64,000 nt of DNA from an uncultured bacterium (GTDB lineage: Bacteria; Patescibacteriota; Andersenbacteria; UBA10190; CAIZMI01). A model generated the notes under the pieces. The model was given only the letters and a program-made list of their open reading frames with translations. It was not told the DNA's origin and made no database searches. Numbering within the stretch: position 1 is the first letter of the stretch; every line of letters starts with the position of its first letter. Made by a program: the position numbers and the translations under genes. Where the stretch lies: positions 17,588 through 81,587 of the forward strand of contig CAIKKP010000057.1 of the NCBI GenBank assembly GCA_903828055.1. The letters run 5' to 3'. This document shows positions 17,155 to 27,050 of this stretch, piece after piece.

Positions 17155-17215
17155 AGGCACCAATAAACGTAAAATAATTGGTTGCGTAGATATTGAAAGT
17201 TGATATAGTAAACTA

Positions 17216-17743
17216 ATGAAAATTTATGTTATTCGTCATGGAGAAACAACCGGAGATGTGGAAGATCGCTTCGGTGGTAGTTATGACGATCATTTAACCG
17301 AAAAGGGAAAAAGCCAATTGCAACAGACAGCCACGAGTTTGATTGGTAAAAATATTGAAATTATTTTATCGAGCCCATTGATTCGCGCACGGGAGTCTGT
17401 GGAAATTATCAATGGACAAATAGCTGTTCCAGTTGAAATTATCGATGGGTTGCGCGAAAGACATTATGGTGTACTGACCGGATTGACGAAGGTCGTGGCG
17501 AAAGAAAGATTTCCGGAGGTTGTCGAGAGCCACAAAGATCCGTTGTACACGGATCCGGAAGGTGAAAGTTATGAAGATTTCAATGCAAGGGTGATAAGTA
17601 CTTTTAAGGATATTTCAGCACGAAAATATAAAACAGTCGCTATTGTTTCACATGGTGGACCGATAAAAACGATTTACCGTTTTATTGGTAAGGAACTAAA
17701 TCGACAATTGGGAGATGGAGAAATTTTAGAATTGGAAATTTGA
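17216..17743 (+). CDS. Histidine phosphatase superfamily (phosphoglycerate-mutase-like) protein
   Basis: N-terminal RHGET catalytic motif. Confidence 0.8.
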   Translation: MKIYVIRHGETTGDVEDRFGGSYDDHLTEKGKSQLQQTATSLIGKNIEIILSSPLIRARESVEIINGQIAVPVEIIDGLRERHYGVLTGLTKVVAKERFPEVVESHKDPLYTDPEGESYEDFNARVISTFKDISARKYKTVAIVSHGGPIKTIYRFIGKELNRQLGDGEILELEI

Positions 17744-17746
17744 ATA

Positions 17747-18337
17747 ATGATTACTAATTGTATAATTATCCACGGTTGTCCGTCGGATGCAGAGAAAGCA
17801 ATGGATCCTGAAACCAGAACTTATGATAAACATTGGATTCCTTGGACGGCGAAACAGTTAACAGAAAGTGGAATCGATGTTGCAACTCCGCTAATGCCAG
17901 ATCCGTGGAACCCAGTTTATGAAAAATTCAAAGAAGCATTTGAGAAGTGTGAAATTAACGAAAATACGGTTTTAATCGGTCATAGTTGCGGTTGTGCTTT
18001 TTTGGTGCGTTGGTTGGGAGACAGTAAAAGAAAAGTCGCAAGGCTTATTCTTGTTGCTCCATGGAAAGTGACGGATAAGGATGATGGGTATCGCAAGGAA
18101 TTTTATGAATATCCAATTGATGAAACGATCAAGAATAGAGTTGGCAGAGTTGTGATGTTTACCTCCAACACCGAAGAAGAAGATGGTAAGAAAAGCCTTA
18201 AGTTGTTTAACGATGTTTTAGGCGGAAAAATCGTCGGCTTAGATAATCACGGTCACTACACAATGAATGATATAGGCACAGATGAGTTTCCTGAACTTGT
18301 AAAAGAAGTTTTGGAAGCTGATAGCAAAAATAATTAG
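17747..18337 (+). CDS. Alpha/beta hydrolase (YdeN/serine-hydrolase-like)
   Basis: Nucleophile elbow GHSCG. Confidence 0.7.
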   Translation: MITNCIIIHGCPSDAEKAMDPETRTYDKHWIPWTAKQLTESGIDVATPLMPDPWNPVYEKFKEAFEKCEINENTVLIGHSCGCAFLVRWLGDSKRKVARLILVAPWKVTDKDDGYRKEFYEYPIDETIKNRVGRVVMFTSNTEEEDGKKSLKLFNDVLGGKIVGLDNHGHYTMNDIGTDEFPELVKEVLEADSKNN

Positions 18338-18347
18338 GAAAAATAAT

Positions 18348-19025
18348 GTGGGTATAGACGACACAAAAGCGGAGATTATTGCTAAACGCGGATACAGAAA
18401 AAGTATCAAGGGTGATCAGTATTCTCTTTATCTTTCTAATTATCCGGTTGCGGCGGATTATTTGTCTGAGAGGTTAGAAAACAAGGGTAAAATATTGGTG
18501 GAATTGTGTTGTGGTGTGGGTGTCACCATGCGGGCCGTGGCTAGCAAATTTGAAAAGCTTATCGGAATAGAAATAGACTCAGAAGTACTAGATTTTTGCC
18601 GCCAAAATCTCAAGGCTGCTGGTATAGCGAGTAAGATTGATTTTATTCAAGGGGATATTTCAGATCAAAACATTTTGAAAAAGATCAAGGCAGATGTAGC
18701 CATTTATGATATTCCTTATTGGGTGTCAAAAGAGTTGCCAGATGGAACGAATGTTTTAGACAGGAATCCGGAATTAGGGGTAATGATTGAAAAAATAAGA
18801 AAAAATATTACTCCCAATATTGTAATCTTTGCTCCTCCTTACCTTAAATACAATCTTGTGAGAGAGCAATTTGGAAAGTGTGAATTTCAAAAGATTTTCA
18901 TCAATGGACGATACGACAGGAATTACATATTTCTTGGGAACCTGGTTGAACACAAAGGTGTTACAGAAAAAAGATTGAAATATAGTATAGTTGGTGGTGG
19001 AATAACCAAAAATTCTCCTAATTAG
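18348..19025 (+). CDS. Putative SAM-dependent methyltransferase
   Basis: Motif I ELCCGVGV; alternative GTG start. Confidence 0.55.
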   Translation: MGIDDTKAEIIAKRGYRKSIKGDQYSLYLSNYPVAADYLSERLENKGKILVELCCGVGVTMRAVASKFEKLIGIEIDSEVLDFCRQNLKAAGIASKIDFIQGDISDQNILKKIKADVAIYDIPYWVSKELPDGTNVLDRNPELGVMIEKIRKNITPNIVIFAPPYLKYNLVREQFGKCEFQKIFINGRYDRNYIFLGNLVEHKGVTEKRLKYSIVGGGITKNSPN

Positions 19026-19104
19026 GGCGGTTATTTTTGTAAAATTTAAGTTAGGGTAAATATGAAAAAGTGGTTAGGTCCTAATTTTTATTCTTTGTTG
19101 TATA

Positions 19105-21867
19105 ATGAAGTGGAATAAAATGAGCTTGTTTAAAATCAAAATTAAAATATTCTTTGTTCTCGTTATCTTGGGGCTTCTTTGTTTTCGATTTATACCAAGC
19201 GTTCATGCTGATGGCGAAAACTGGCTTACCGGTTATGGTTATCGAAAAGCCATTACAATAACAGGATCATCGAGTGGAGCCTTAACTAATTATCAACTTA
19301 AGTTTTTATTGAACAAAGGCGCCGGTAGCGATAGCGGTAATACGATTTATCTGGGAACAAATGTCCTTGATAGTTTCAATGACATCCGTTTTGCTACTAG
19401 CGACGGCAACACGGCGCTTGATTATTGGGTACAGTCTGTTTCCGGAATCGTTGCGACAGTGTGGGTGGAAGTGGATAGTGTTCCAGCCAATCCCAGCACA
19501 AAAACGATATATCTTTATTACGGAAAGGCTGGTGCTTCAAGCGCGAGCAATGGCGATAATACTTTCGCGTTTTATGATGATTTCAATGATGACAGTATTG
19601 ATACAAACAAGTGGACTGTTTCCACGGATAATGCCGTACTTGCCTCTTATTCCGAATCTGGCGGTTACGCCCGTTTAACTGGTACAGCATCCGGGTCGTG
19701 GCACTCGGCTTCTTGGGAAGCCAAAAACACATTTGGTCCGGGATACGCGCTTACAGCTTCTCAATATTATTCAGATTTCGTTTTTCCTTCAAACATTACT
19801 GCTCAAATGGGGTTTACCAGCGCCGACTGGAATGATCGTTTGGCGATGAATATTCAGTCTCTTAATTGGGCTTCACCGTCTAATTCATATAAAATTGAAT
19901 CCGCTAAGAGTGGTACCGCAAGTTACTCAAACATCAGCAGTCCACACAATGCTTGGCGCACTTACGATTTTATTTGGACTCCAACTGTAAATAAAATCAT
20001 AATAAATGGAGTAACCGAGGCTACCATAAGTGATACAAGCTATATCTCCACCGATACGGCACTTAATCCAAAAATAATTCTTCAACCAGGAGCGGGAAAC
20101 GGATATGTTTATACGGATTGGTTTATGGTGCGAAAGTATGTGAACAATGAACCCACTGTATCTGCGGGTGCGGAAGCAACGCCTGACTCAACACCTCCCA
20201 CTATCCAAACATATTCTCCCGCCAATAATGCGACCAGTGTTTCATCTACGGCGAATTTGGTATTGGCATTCAATGAAAATATTACGGCGGTAACCGGAAA
20301 AAATATCACCATTAAAAAAGTATCAGACAACTCCGAGATCGAGACAGTTGCCGCTGATGACACCGGAAAAGTGACGATTGTAAACAATACGGCAAGCATT
20401 AATCCGGCTACCGTTTTGGATGATGTCACGCAGTATTATGTTTCAGTGGAAGCCGGCGCTTTTAAGGATTTATTCAATAATTCGTTTGCCGGTATCACCG
20501 ACAGTACAACCTGGAGATTTACCACAAGCGATTCTGCTGCCCCGACCGTAGTTGCTCTCAGTCCGGTCAGTGGGTCTTTCGGGGTGCAGTTAAGTGGAAA
20601 TTTGGCCATTGAATTCAACGAGAATGTGAATGTCGGCAGTGGCAGTGTGAGTATCTTTAATAAGTTCACAGACGTATTGGTGGAAGCGGTAGACGTGACG
20701 AGTGGGCAAGTGACAGGCGGTGGAACTTCGATAATTTCAATAAACCCGACTACAAATTTGGTGTATGCAACGGATTATTATATAAAAATTGATCCTACTG
20801 CTTTTACCGATTCTTCGAGTAACTCCTATTCGGGTATTTCCGATAAAACTTCGTGGGTATTGCAAACAGTGTTAGCTCCTGCATCATCAGTTGAATCAAG
20901 TGTCTCATCGGGTTCACAAAAAAAACTACCGGATCCGGTGCACACGATAGATGTAAATGAGAAGGAGGTAAAAAGTGTAGACAGGAAAATTTTATCAAAG
21001 ATTGAAGTTGAGCAAGATGCGCCGTTTGTGTTGCATGTCAAAGCGCCCGATCCAGATCAGGTAAAAAACGTTGTTGTAACAATAAATAAAAAAACGTACA
21101 AACTTGCCTTGGCAAAGGACAAAAAAGGTAACCCGGAATTTTTCATCAAATTGGCATTGTCAAAACCCGGAAATTATCCATATTCCATTATTTCTGATTA
21201 TGGTTCAACGGTTCGTCGTGCAAAAGGTGAGGTTATTATTAAAAAGAAAGCAGTAGCTGTAATATTGCCTTCCCCAAAACCAATTTATTCAAAGCAAAAT
21301 ATTGTGAAAGAAAAGCCTTTTCTCATAAAGCAAAAACCAACTGCTAATAATGTTGTTGAGAAAAGCAAGATTGAGAAAAAGACGGAAGTTGCGCCAACTG
21401 TTCCGACGATGATAACCACTGTACCCGAATCTTCGCTTGAGATACCAACTGAAAAGATACCCAATGAAACATGGATCGATCTCACCTTCAATCTGTTTAA
21501 AACAACCGGGTCAAAAACAAGTTCGATGATTTCCAATACGTCTCGCTCGTTTGTTGGATTATTTGTAGGGACGGGAGAAAAAATAGCGAAATTATTTGAA
21601 AAAAATCCCGCGCATGTTTATCGAAAAGTGACTGTGAAGTTGACTTCGGAGGAGGGGACGCCTCTTATTGGTGCGACGGTTACTATTTCGTCGGAACCGC
21701 AGACGGCTGTTAGTGATAGTGACGGAAAGGTTCAGTTTGAAAACATTGAAGCGGGAAAACATCAATTGAAAGTTGATTATCAGGGATATTCAACCAAACA
21801 AGCATTATCAATAACCGAACCTGTTACAGAAGTAACAATTAATATCACGGCGGTTTTTAAAAAATAA
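19105..21867 (+). CDS. Large secreted/surface protein (DUF2341 + concanavalin-like N-region, Ig-like repeats, conserved C-terminal domain)
   Basis: N-terminal TM/signal; repeated roughly 90-aa Ig-like modules (…NITAVTGKNITIKK…); the C-terminus is paralogous to that of 31561..34023. Confidence 0.8.
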   Translation: MKWNKMSLFKIKIKIFFVLVILGLLCFRFIPSVHADGENWLTGYGYRKAITITGSSSGALTNYQLKFLLNKGAGSDSGNTIYLGTNVLDSFNDIRFATSDGNTALDYWVQSVSGIVATVWVEVDSVPANPSTKTIYLYYGKAGASSASNGDNTFAFYDDFNDDSIDTNKWTVSTDNAVLASYSESGGYARLTGTASGSWHSASWEAKNTFGPGYALTASQYYSDFVFPSNITAQMGFTSADWNDRLAMNIQSLNWASPSNSYKIESAKSGTASYSNISSPHNAWRTYDFIWTPTVNKIIINGVTEATISDTSYISTDTALNPKIILQPGAGNGYVYTDWFMVRKYVNNEPTVSAGAEATPDSTPPTIQTYSPANNATSVSSTANLVLAFNENITAVTGKNITIKKVSDNSEIETVAADDTGKVTIVNNTASINPATVLDDVTQYYVSVEAGAFKDLFNNSFAGITDSTTWRFTTSDSAAPTVVALSPVSGSFGVQLSGNLAIEFNENVNVGSGSVSIFNKFTDVLVEAVDVTSGQVTGGGTSIISINPTTNLVYATDYYIKIDPTAFTDSSSNSYSGISDKTSWVLQTVLAPASSVESSVSSGSQKKLPDPVHTIDVNEKEVKSVDRKILSKIEVEQDAPFVLHVKAPDPDQVKNVVVTINKKTYKLALAKDKKGNPEFFIKLALSKPGNYPYSIISDYGSTVRRAKGEVIIKKKAVAVILPSPKPIYSKQNIVKEKPFLIKQKPTANNVVEKSKIEKKTEVAPTVPTMITTVPESSLEIPTEKIPNETWIDLTFNLFKTTGSKTSSMISNTSRSFVGLFVGTGEKIAKLFEKNPAHVYRKVTVKLTSEEGTPLIGATVTISSEPQTAVSDSDGKVQFENIEAGKHQLKVDYQGYSTKQALSITEPVTEVTINITAVFKK

Positions 21868-21940
21868 ACGTTGTGGATATTGTTAATTAAACAATGGTGT
21901 AGGCAAAAGTTTGGTAATATAATTTTCTAAAATTATTTCA

Positions 21941-23344
21941 TTAGCGCATTGAGCGGCCTTGGGTGTCCTTCAGCCACTGAATGGTGCCGCCTAGTTTCTC
22001 AGGGGTATTCTTATCCGTGTTGATGCGATTGAACCAATAATCTTTTTCATCCTCGTTCGCATCGCGTTGGTGGGTAAAATAGAAAAAATAAGGAAACCAT
22101 TTATTTTCCAGGACGGAGCTGTCGAGTTCCGCGTTTAATGGTGTGCGGGCCGGATTGTTTCCCGACTTTTTCGCGCCCTTCATTGCATTCAGCAGTTCAG
22201 CTTTGTTTTTTACTTCGCCGTTGTATGCATAATCCACCCAAAACTGATTGTCATTCACCGACGGGTCACGATCGAAAACGCTCATAAAAATATTATTCAT
22301 ATCGGCAATGAGTGCGCGGATTTCCGGTCGCACGCGGGTTAGGTTATGTGCCGTATTAGGGGCAGATTTTGCGCCACTTGTTGTACTGCTGTTTGTGTTT
22401 GGGGCAATTGTATTTTTGAATGCTCGCACGTCTTCTCCGGTTGCGTATTTGGTGAAAATTTCGGGGTACTCTTTTCTCGCCTGATTTGCCCCACTCATCG
22501 CATTTAAAATTTCAGGACTGGCAATTTTTCTTCTTTTTCCTCCTTGCATCAAGTAAACATCTTTTCCAATTCCAATAAACCAGCCATCCGGATATTTGTC
22601 GATGTTTACACCACGACGTAGTGTCGCCAGTTGCGCTGACGACAAAGCAACGCGCTGGCTCTCATCCGGATTTCCGTCGGCTTCATAGAAGCGGTCTTTG
22701 AGGTATAAATGTTTTTCAATTTTTCCATCACCGGCTTCCGTTGTCTTCCACATTCGTCCACCGTGATAATGTCCGTCGTAAAATACAAATCCGCCAGGGA
22801 TTGATTTTCCATCCAAGGGTTTGCCGGTAGAGAATTGGGTCAGGTGCGCATCAGTGGTGGCGTATAGATTATTTGCGGGGAATTTTAATGTGGCGCGAGC
22901 CGTGGTCGACAATTCTCGTTTTCTCATTTTGTCATCAATGAAATACTGTTTCCCCGAAGATCCTTTTAAAACCTTCCCGACGTAAATTTTATTGACAGCA
23001 TTACCTTGCGGGTAGCGGGCAAAATCCTCCGTTGAAATAGTGCGGATAATGTCGCGTTTGAAAAAATGATTTTCGCCAAGCCAGCGGTCCAAAATACTGT
23101 TCAAAATTAAAGTCGTTTTACCGTCGCGAATTTGGTAAACATTATTGTTTGTGGCTTTTTTTACTAATGTGCCGTTTGGCAGGAAATTGGGATTATGGTT
23201 TGAAGGGTAGAATTTTTTATCAACCCTGAAACCGCTTGGGGTCTTCGTCGTCGCGACACCTTGTACTGTTCCACCGGCAAAAGAATCGGAGGCGGAGATA
23301 ATCGTACCAACCAGCAATGCGCCTAAAAATAATTTGTTCCTCAT
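21941..23344 (-). CDS. Hypothetical secreted protein (DUF4214-like C-terminal repeats)
   Basis: Start chosen at MRNKLF… (signal peptide); the upstream extension of the raw ORF lacks support. Confidence 0.6.
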   Translation of the reverse strand: MRNKLFLGALLVGTIISASDSFAGGTVQGVATTKTPSGFRVDKKFYPSNHNPNFLPNGTLVKKATNNNVYQIRDGKTTLILNSILDRWLGENHFFKRDIIRTISTEDFARYPQGNAVNKIYVGKVLKGSSGKQYFIDDKMRKRELSTTARATLKFPANNLYATTDAHLTQFSTGKPLDGKSIPGGFVFYDGHYHGGRMWKTTEAGDGKIEKHLYLKDRFYEADGNPDESQRVALSSAQLATLRRGVNIDKYPDGWFIGIGKDVYLMQGGKRRKIASPEILNAMSGANQARKEYPEIFTKYATGEDVRAFKNTIAPNTNSSTTSGAKSAPNTAHNLTRVRPEIRALIADMNNIFMSVFDRDPSVNDNQFWVDYAYNGEVKNKAELLNAMKGAKKSGNNPARTPLNAELDSSVLENKWFPYFFYFTHQRDANEDEKDYWFNRINTDKNTPEKLGGTIQWLKDTQGRSMR

Positions 23345-23417
23345 ATTTTGAATTATCGCATATAGCAAAGTCAACGGCAAAAGCCTCTTGATTTTATTCG
23401 AAGTGTATAATGTGGTT

Positions 23418-23765
23418 ATGGCCACATCTCAATCAACTGTCGATTTCATTTTGGACCAATTAGTGAGAGAGGGACGGGCGAGAGCGAAAAAAATGTTTGG
23501 TGAATATGCTTTGTATTTTGACGACAAGGTTGTCGGTCTCGTGTGCAACGATACTTTGTATATTAAAATTACCGAACAGGGAAAGGAATTTGTCGGAAAA
23601 TATTATAAAGAAGGATATGCTTATCCTGGCGCGAAAGTTTCAATGGAGATTGATGGTGGACAAATGGAGGATCGCGAGTGGCTCTGTAATTTGGTCCGTA
23701 TTACATCAGAAAATGTGCCTTTTCCTAAACCAAAGAAATCCAGGAAAAGAAAGAGTCCCAAGTAA
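23418..23765 (+). CDS. TfoX N-terminal-domain protein
   Basis: …FGEYALYFDDKVVGLVCNDTLYIK… matches the TfoX_N pattern. Confidence 0.55.
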   Translation: MATSQSTVDFILDQLVREGRARAKKMFGEYALYFDDKVVGLVCNDTLYIKITEQGKEFVGKYYKEGYAYPGAKVSMEIDGGQMEDREWLCNLVRITSENVPFPKPKKSRKRKSPK

Positions 23766-23875
23766 TAATTAAATAGAGTTTTGTAGTTAAAAACGCGAGA
23801 GCGGGAATAAATAAACCTGGGTCTCAAGTGGAATAGTTCTGTTGCATTGGGTTATTTCTGAGCTATTATTGTCAA

Positions 23876-24976
23876 ATGATTACGGCTACTGGAAAACTTG
23901 AAGTTTTTGGGTATGATGCATTTTTCGAGTCAGGTAGAGTTGAATTGGGGTTGCTTGATTGTGAGGTGGCGCGGGTTACCGTGATGAGTCGTGGGCAATA
24001 CAAAGTTATTGGTAAGAATGGCGAGTTTTTGGCAAAAATTACTGGTAAGATGATGTTTACCGCTAACGCCACGGAGGATTATCCGGCAGTTGGAGATTGG
24101 GTGGCGATTAAAGAACTGGAAAACAAACAAGCAGTAATAAAAGCAGTGCTCCCACGTAAGACTATAATAAAAAGAAAGTACGGAGATAAGAACCAGGCCG
24201 GCGACAAAAATGAAACGCAAATTATCGGAGCTAACATTGATGAAGCATTTGTTGTTGAATCGACCGATCGCGATTTTAATCTTAATCGTTTTGAAAGATA
24301 TTTTGTCATTTTGAGTGAAGCGGGCGTTAAGCCGGTGATCGTGTTAAACAAGATTGATTTAATTTCGAAAGAAGAGCTTGAGATAAAATTGGTTGAACTT
24401 AAAGAAAGATTTAAAAACGTTATGGTTATTGCCACTAGCACTATTGATGATAGCGGGCTTGATACCTTGATGACGTATTTATTGCCTGGCAAGACTTATT
24501 GTTTTCTGGGCTCTTCCGGTGTTGGAAAATCCACTTTGATAAATAAACTGATTGGGAAATATGTTGCTTCGACGGCAGAAATTAGTGAACAATCCAAAAG
24601 GGGGAAGCACATAACGACAATGCGCAATATGTATTTTTTAAAAAACGGCGCAATAGTGATCGATAATCCCGGCATGAGAGAGATTGGAATCATTGCCGGT
24701 GACGCTGATAGCGTATTTGGAGAAATTGCGGTTTTGGCCGGGCAATGCAAGTTTAAAGATTGTACTCATACTCAGGAACCGGGATGCAGAGTTCTTGAGG
24801 AGTTAAGTGATGGAAAATTAAATGAAGAAAAATATTCAAATTACCTGAACCTAAAAAAAGAAACTGATAATTCGCAGATGTCGAATTGGGAAAAAAGAAA
24901 AGCGGACCGTGACTTTGGAAAGTTCATCAATAAAGCCAAGAAAGATTTGAAGAAATTTAAGGGTGGCGGAGTGTAG
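23876..24976 (+). CDS. rsgA: Ribosome small-subunit biogenesis GTPase RsgA (YjeQ)
   Basis: Circularly permuted GTPase: NKIDL (G4), then GSSGVGKST (G1), then DNPG (G3); C-terminal Zn motif CKFKDCTHTQEPGC. Confidence 0.88.
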   Translation: MITATGKLEVFGYDAFFESGRVELGLLDCEVARVTVMSRGQYKVIGKNGEFLAKITGKMMFTANATEDYPAVGDWVAIKELENKQAVIKAVLPRKTIIKRKYGDKNQAGDKNETQIIGANIDEAFVVESTDRDFNLNRFERYFVILSEAGVKPVIVLNKIDLISKEELEIKLVELKERFKNVMVIATSTIDDSGLDTLMTYLLPGKTYCFLGSSGVGKSTLINKLIGKYVASTAEISEQSKRGKHITTMRNMYFLKNGAIVIDNPGMREIGIIAGDADSVFGEIAVLAGQCKFKDCTHTQEPGCRVLEELSDGKLNEEKYSNYLNLKKETDNSQMSNWEKRKADRDFGKFINKAKKDLKKFKGGGV

Positions 24977-25055
24977 TTGTGGTATTAAAAGTGTGCTAAG
25001 TTTGTAACCAAGAAGGGGTAAATCGTTCGACAATTAACTAATATAAAAATAAATA

Positions 25056-25664
25056 ATGAATAAAAAAACATCGTTACTAGTTTTGGCCTTAATAGTCATT
25101 TTGGCTGGAGGTTATATATATTACCAGTTTGCCTTTTCTGGCTCACAAAATTCAAAAAGGATGAATGGTGGTAATAATCAAAATGGGGTAGGCAACATTA
25201 ACAAGGGAAATTGTTCATCTGACGAGTGTTTGGCGGTAAGCAATTTTGACTATCCGGTCGCCGGCTTGTCTGAAGAAGCGAAGGTTGCTCTTGGCAAAGC
25301 AATTGATGATGAATTTAAGGCGCATGCCGTTTATCAAAACGTCATAAATAAATTCGGAATGGTTAGGCCGTTCTCGATGATTATTCGGGCGGAGGAACAA
25401 CACATATCTTCGCTCAAATCATTGTTTGATAAGTATGGTTTGCAAATTCCAGAAGATGTGTGGATTAGTGGCAAGATTTTAATTCCAACTACTCTTCAGC
25501 AAGCTTGCCAAACAGGAGTTGACGCGGAAATTGCAAACGCCAAACTGTATAAAGACGAGCTACTTCCAAGCGTTACCGATTACGTAGATATTACCGGTGT
25601 CTTTACGAGTTTAATGAACGCATCTGAACAAAAGCATTTGGTGGCGTTTGAAAAGTGTAATTAA
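25056..25664 (+). CDS. DUF2202 (ferritin-like) domain protein with N-terminal TM
   Basis: The C-terminal 120 aa fit a ferritin-like DUF2202 pattern (EE…H…E). Confidence 0.55.
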   Translation: MNKKTSLLVLALIVILAGGYIYYQFAFSGSQNSKRMNGGNNQNGVGNINKGNCSSDECLAVSNFDYPVAGLSEEAKVALGKAIDDEFKAHAVYQNVINKFGMVRPFSMIIRAEEQHISSLKSLFDKYGLQIPEDVWISGKILIPTTLQQACQTGVDAEIANAKLYKDELLPSVTDYVDITGVFTSLMNASEQKHLVAFEKCN

Positions 25665-25675
25665 AGAACGAGGAA

Positions 25676-25710
25676 TAAAAAAATACCGCTCAAGGCGGTA
25701 TTTTTTTTAT
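25676..25710 (+). terminator. Rho-independent terminator
   Basis: AAAAATACCGC-tcaag-GCGGTATTTTTTTT. Confidence 0.8.
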
Positions 25711-25742
25711 TCGGGATTGGTGTTATTTAGACCTTTTTATCG

Positions 25743-25934
25743 TTACATTGCGTCCGTATTTATTCCGAGAAGTTTGTAGAGCAGGCAAAAACCGGTGATG
25801 GCTGTGAATAACATAATTGCGGCCAGGACATAAAGAACGATTTGGATAATCCCTGTAGTGAACAAGGCGATGATAAATATAACAACCGCAGCGATTACGC
25901 GAATTATTCGATCTGTTGAGCTTTCGTTTTTCAT
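25743..25934 (-). CDS. DUF2892 (YgaP-like) small membrane protein
   Basis: Start placed at MKNESS…; the longer raw ORF would overlap the upstream gene. Confidence 0.6.
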   Translation of the reverse strand: MKNESSTDRIIRVIAAVVIFIIALFTTGIIQIVLYVLAAIMLFTAITGFCLLYKLLGINTDAM

Positions 25935-25965
25935 TTTAGGTATTCTTATGGTTAATAGATTCAGT

Positions 25966-26226
25966 CTACGCTTTTTGTAGCAATAGTTCTGTAAGCTGGG
26001 TTCGGTCGAATCCGACCACATAAACCGGCTCGCCTTCAGCGTATGTAAGTTCAGTGACTGGCACACCCATTTGTTGTGTTTTGCTTACCATTTCTCGGGC
26101 AGCATCTTCGTTGGTGTCTACGTAAACAATCTCGTGTTTAATGTTATTTTCGTCTAGCCACGATTTTTCCATTTTGCAATATGGACAGGAAAGAGTGGAG
26201 TAAATTTTTACGTTTGTTGGTTGCAT
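25966..26226 (-). CDS. Glutaredoxin-like (NrdH/Grx) protein
   Basis: CPYC active site; 86 aa. Confidence 0.8.
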   Translation of the reverse strand: MQPTNVKIYSTLSCPYCKMEKSWLDENNIKHEIVYVDTNEDAAREMVSKTQQMGVPVTELTYAEGEPVYVVGFDRTQLTELLLQKA

Positions 26227-26230
26227 ATAA

Positions 26231-26497
26231 TTATTTATTATTGATAAAAGTTAAGATTGAATGAGCAATTTTTGCTGTCTTCGCACTGGCGAGGGAATAG
26301 TGGATTTCTGCGCCATTGCGCTTAGTTTTCACTAATCCAGATTTTCTTAGTTTCGCAAGATGCTGCGAGACTGCAGACTGCGAAAGAGTGCAGGTGTTAA
26401 TTAGTTCCTGTACGTTCTTTCCTTTTTTGCTTAAGCAACTGATTAGTCGCAAACGAACGGGGTTTGCAATAGTTGCGAGCAGCTGTTTGTCATCCAT
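26231..26497 (-). CDS. ArsR/SmtB-family transcriptional regulator
   Basis: Winged HTH with …CTLSQSAVSQHLAKLRKSGLV…. Confidence 0.8.
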   Translation of the reverse strand: MDDKQLLATIANPVRLRLISCLSKKGKNVQELINTCTLSQSAVSQHLAKLRKSGLVKTKRNGAEIHYSLASAKTAKIAHSILTFINNK

Positions 26498-26604
26498 AAA
26501 TACATATTAGCAGGTGCTAATATATTGTCAAGTGAAAGTAAAAACGAGGGTTGGTTGTATTAGGGGCGCAATGAAGAAAAACATTATGAAGGGAGGTGAA
26601 ATAG

Positions 26605-26979
26605 ATGAATAAAACATTATTGGGGCTAGGAGCTTTGGCTCTATTGGCTGGTGGAGTGGCAATGACGCTTCCGAGCGTGGCAAGCGCGTATCGTGGCGAC
26701 CCAAATATTAAGGGTCCAAATTATACGGCTGAGCGCCATACGGCGATGGAAGCCGCCTTTGAGAAAGGAGACTACAATGCCTGGAAAAATTTAATGCAGG
26801 GTCGTGGTCGCGTTACACAAGTTGTAACTAAGGATAATTTTTCAAAGTTTGCTCAAATTCACCAATTGACCGAAGAAGGCAAGACAGCTGAGGCACAGAA
26901 AATTCGTCAAGAACTTGGCTTGGGATTGCAAAACGGAACGGGAAAAGGAATGGGAATGGGACAGAATAGAAACCGTTAA
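26605..26979 (+). CDS. Small secreted hypothetical protein
   Basis: Signal peptide; Gly/Met-rich C-terminus. Confidence 0.5.
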   Translation: MNKTLLGLGALALLAGGVAMTLPSVASAYRGDPNIKGPNYTAERHTAMEAAFEKGDYNAWKNLMQGRGRVTQVVTKDNFSKFAQIHQLTEEGKTAEAQKIRQELGLGLQNGTGKGMGMGQNRNR

Positions 26980-27050
26980 TCTGTAAGAAAATTGGGGTTG
27001 TGCCTTGGTGTTAAACCGAGGCACAATACCCAAATGGCGACTATGAGTCT

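Noticed and set aside
25743-26066. Long form of the DUF2892 ORF (107 aa) starting at 26066
   Set aside because: The N-terminal 44 codons overlap the glutaredoxin-like gene on the same strand. The conserved DUF2892 core begins at the internal Met (25934).
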